Source: Myxococcota bacterium (GTDB taxonomy: Bacteria > Myxococcota > XYA12-FULL-58-9 > JALHOP01). From it: a DNA stretch of 40,496 nucleotides. Location of the stretch: NCBI GenBank assembly GCA_041288095.1, contig JBGGMJ010000037.1, positions 1 to 40,496 on the forward strand, given 5' to 3'. Below are positions 39,121 through 40,496 of this stretch, one piece after another; the stretch's first letter is position 1, and each line of letters opens with the position of its first letter. The notes beneath the pieces were generated by a model. The model was not told the DNA's origin and searched no databases. It saw nothing but the letters and a program-made list of their open reading frames with translations. A program made the translations under genes and the position numbers.

Positions 39121-40496
39121 CTAACCGCCCCGCTGGGTCGTGAGCTCGGCCCAATCGAGCTCTTCCTCGAGCTTGTGGAAGGCAGCGTCGCCAATGACCG
39201 CGGTCTTGCGGAGATCCCAAACCGCCTTGCGGGCGGCCTGAGAGGCGGTCATGCGCAGGTCAGCCAGCGACACGTCACCGTCGCCGTCCGCGGGTGCCTC
39301 GCCACGGGCGCGGTGCAGCATGTCCCCGAGCTCGTGGCGGAGCGCCGCGGCCAGAGGCGTTTGGTTCTCGGCCAGCGTCGCCAGCGCGGCTTCGTAGGCG
39401 ACGGCGCGGCCGTGGCGTAGCTCTTGGCCGACCGGATCGTCGTCCTTGAGGTTCAAGAGGCGTAGCAGGGCCGGCAGGGTGAGCCCCTGAATGACCAACG
39501 TGCCGAGCACGACCGCGAAAGCGCACAGCACGAGCAGGTCACGGTAGGGCATCTCGGGGGGGAGCGCGTAGGCCGCCGCCAGGGTGACGATTCCGCGCAT
39601 GCCGCACCAGGAGAGAACGACGCCGCCTCTGGCGGTGGGTGCCATCATATTCGCGCGTTTCGGCTTGTGTCCGTTTCGGCGGATGAGCGCGCGACCGATG
39701 GTATTGATGGTCATGACCAAGGCGGCGCGCGTGCCGATGACGGCGGCGAGCACGACGGCGGCGATGCACAAGTAGTCGTTGCGCACGTCACTCGAGAGGC
39801 GATTCAGGATCGGACCTACCTGCAAGCCGACGAGCACGAAGGCGAGGACGTTGAGCACGTAGACGCTGGTCTCCCACACGGCGAACGAGGGCACGCGCAT
39901 GCGCGCCGGCGTGTCGCTCGCGAGCCGGGCCGCCGTCATCGCGAAGGTGACGGTGGTCAGCACCCCCGAAAGGTGAAGGCGCTCGGCGGCGATCCAGATG
40001 CAGAAAGCGCCGACGAACTGCGTGAGGATGGCGGTCGGTGCGTCGTGGATGCGCTTGAAGATGCCGTTGAACACCCAGGCCACGGCGGGGCCCGCGATGA
40101 TGCTGCCGAGGATGCCCAGGCCGAAGACGGGCATGGTGCTGGTCCACGAGAAGGTTCCCGCGACGGCGGCGCCGACCGCTACACGGTAAATGAGCAAGGC
40201 GCTGGCGTCGTTGAGGAGGCTCTCGCCTTCGAGCAGCGTCAAGATGCGATGGGGGATGGTGATTTGCCTGAGCACGGCGGTCGCTGCCGCGGCATCGGGT
40301 GGAGCGACGATGGCCCCCAAGGCGATGGCGGCCGCCCAGGGCATGGCCGGAACCATCCCGTGGACGACAACCGCCGTGACCACGGTGGTGACGCCGACCG
40401 CGACGACCACGAGGCCGAGCACCCCACGCCAGTTATCGCGTAGGTCACGTAGCGAGGTGTCGAAGCCGGAGTCGATGAGCACCGGCGCCACGAAGA
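39121..40496 (-). CDS. CPA1-family Na+/H+ antiporter (5' end outside window)
   Basis: LGAIVAPPDAAA, LEGESLLNDASAL, LSGVL, SWCGMRGIVTLAAA and TLVIQGLTL. Confidence 0.95.
   Translation of the reverse strand, partial: FVAPVLIDSGFDTSLRDLRDNWRGVLGLVVVAVGVTTVVTAVVVHGMVPAMPWAAAIALGAIVAPPDAAAATAVLRQITIPHRILTLLEGESLLNDASALLIYRVAVGAAVAGTFSWTSTMPVFGLGILGSIIAGPAVAWVFNGIFKRIHDAPTAILTQFVGAFCIWIAAERLHLSGVLTTVTFAMTAARLASDTPARMRVPSFAVWETSVYVLNVLAFVLVGLQVGPILNRLSSDVRNDYLCIAAVVLAAVIGTRAALVMTINTIGRALIRRNGHKPKRANMMAPTARGGVVLSWCGMRGIVTLAAAYALPPEMPYRDLLVLCAFAVVLGTLVIQGLTLPALLRLLNLKDDDPVGQELRHGRAVAYEAALATLAENQTPLAAALRHELGDMLHRARGEAPADGDGDVSLADLRMTASQAARKAVWDLRKTAVIGDAAFHKLEEELDWAELTTQRGG

Overview
GC-rich bacterial chromosomal segment. 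Gene content suggests a Myxococcota/deltaproteobacterium-like organism, which is an inference. It carries housekeeping genes (gyrA, typA, mtnP, slyX, an RluA-family pseudouridine synthase, glutathione peroxidase, a YqeY protein), transporters (AI-2E, ABC exporter, MscS/DUF3772, a YhhQ-type queuosine-precursor transporter, a CPA1 Na+/H+ antiporter), peptidases (M48, M28), an ArsS-like radical SAM gene paired with a CMD gene, an MshEN-CheX fusion and a Gly-rich RRM protein, interspersed with orphan genes. The main unexplained signal is a bipartite motif, (C/G)GCAAC-N15/16-CCGATAA, whose downstream half resembles a sigma-28 -10 element. It lies upstream of six, possibly seven, scattered genes. 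Their products all lack Sec signal peptides, most have low-complexity S/T/P/A-rich N-termini, and two are large paralogues ending in a papain-like Cys-His-Asp/Glu domain. This suggests a dispersed, co-regulated set of candidate secreted effectors. Also seen: a ~1300-codon Ig-like/Asp-box surface gene split by one in-frame TAA, an in-frame heptamer repeat array inside the pseudouridine synthase gene, and two sigma-54-like promoters ahead of orphan genes. I recognised no rRNA, tRNA, CRISPR array or mobile element.
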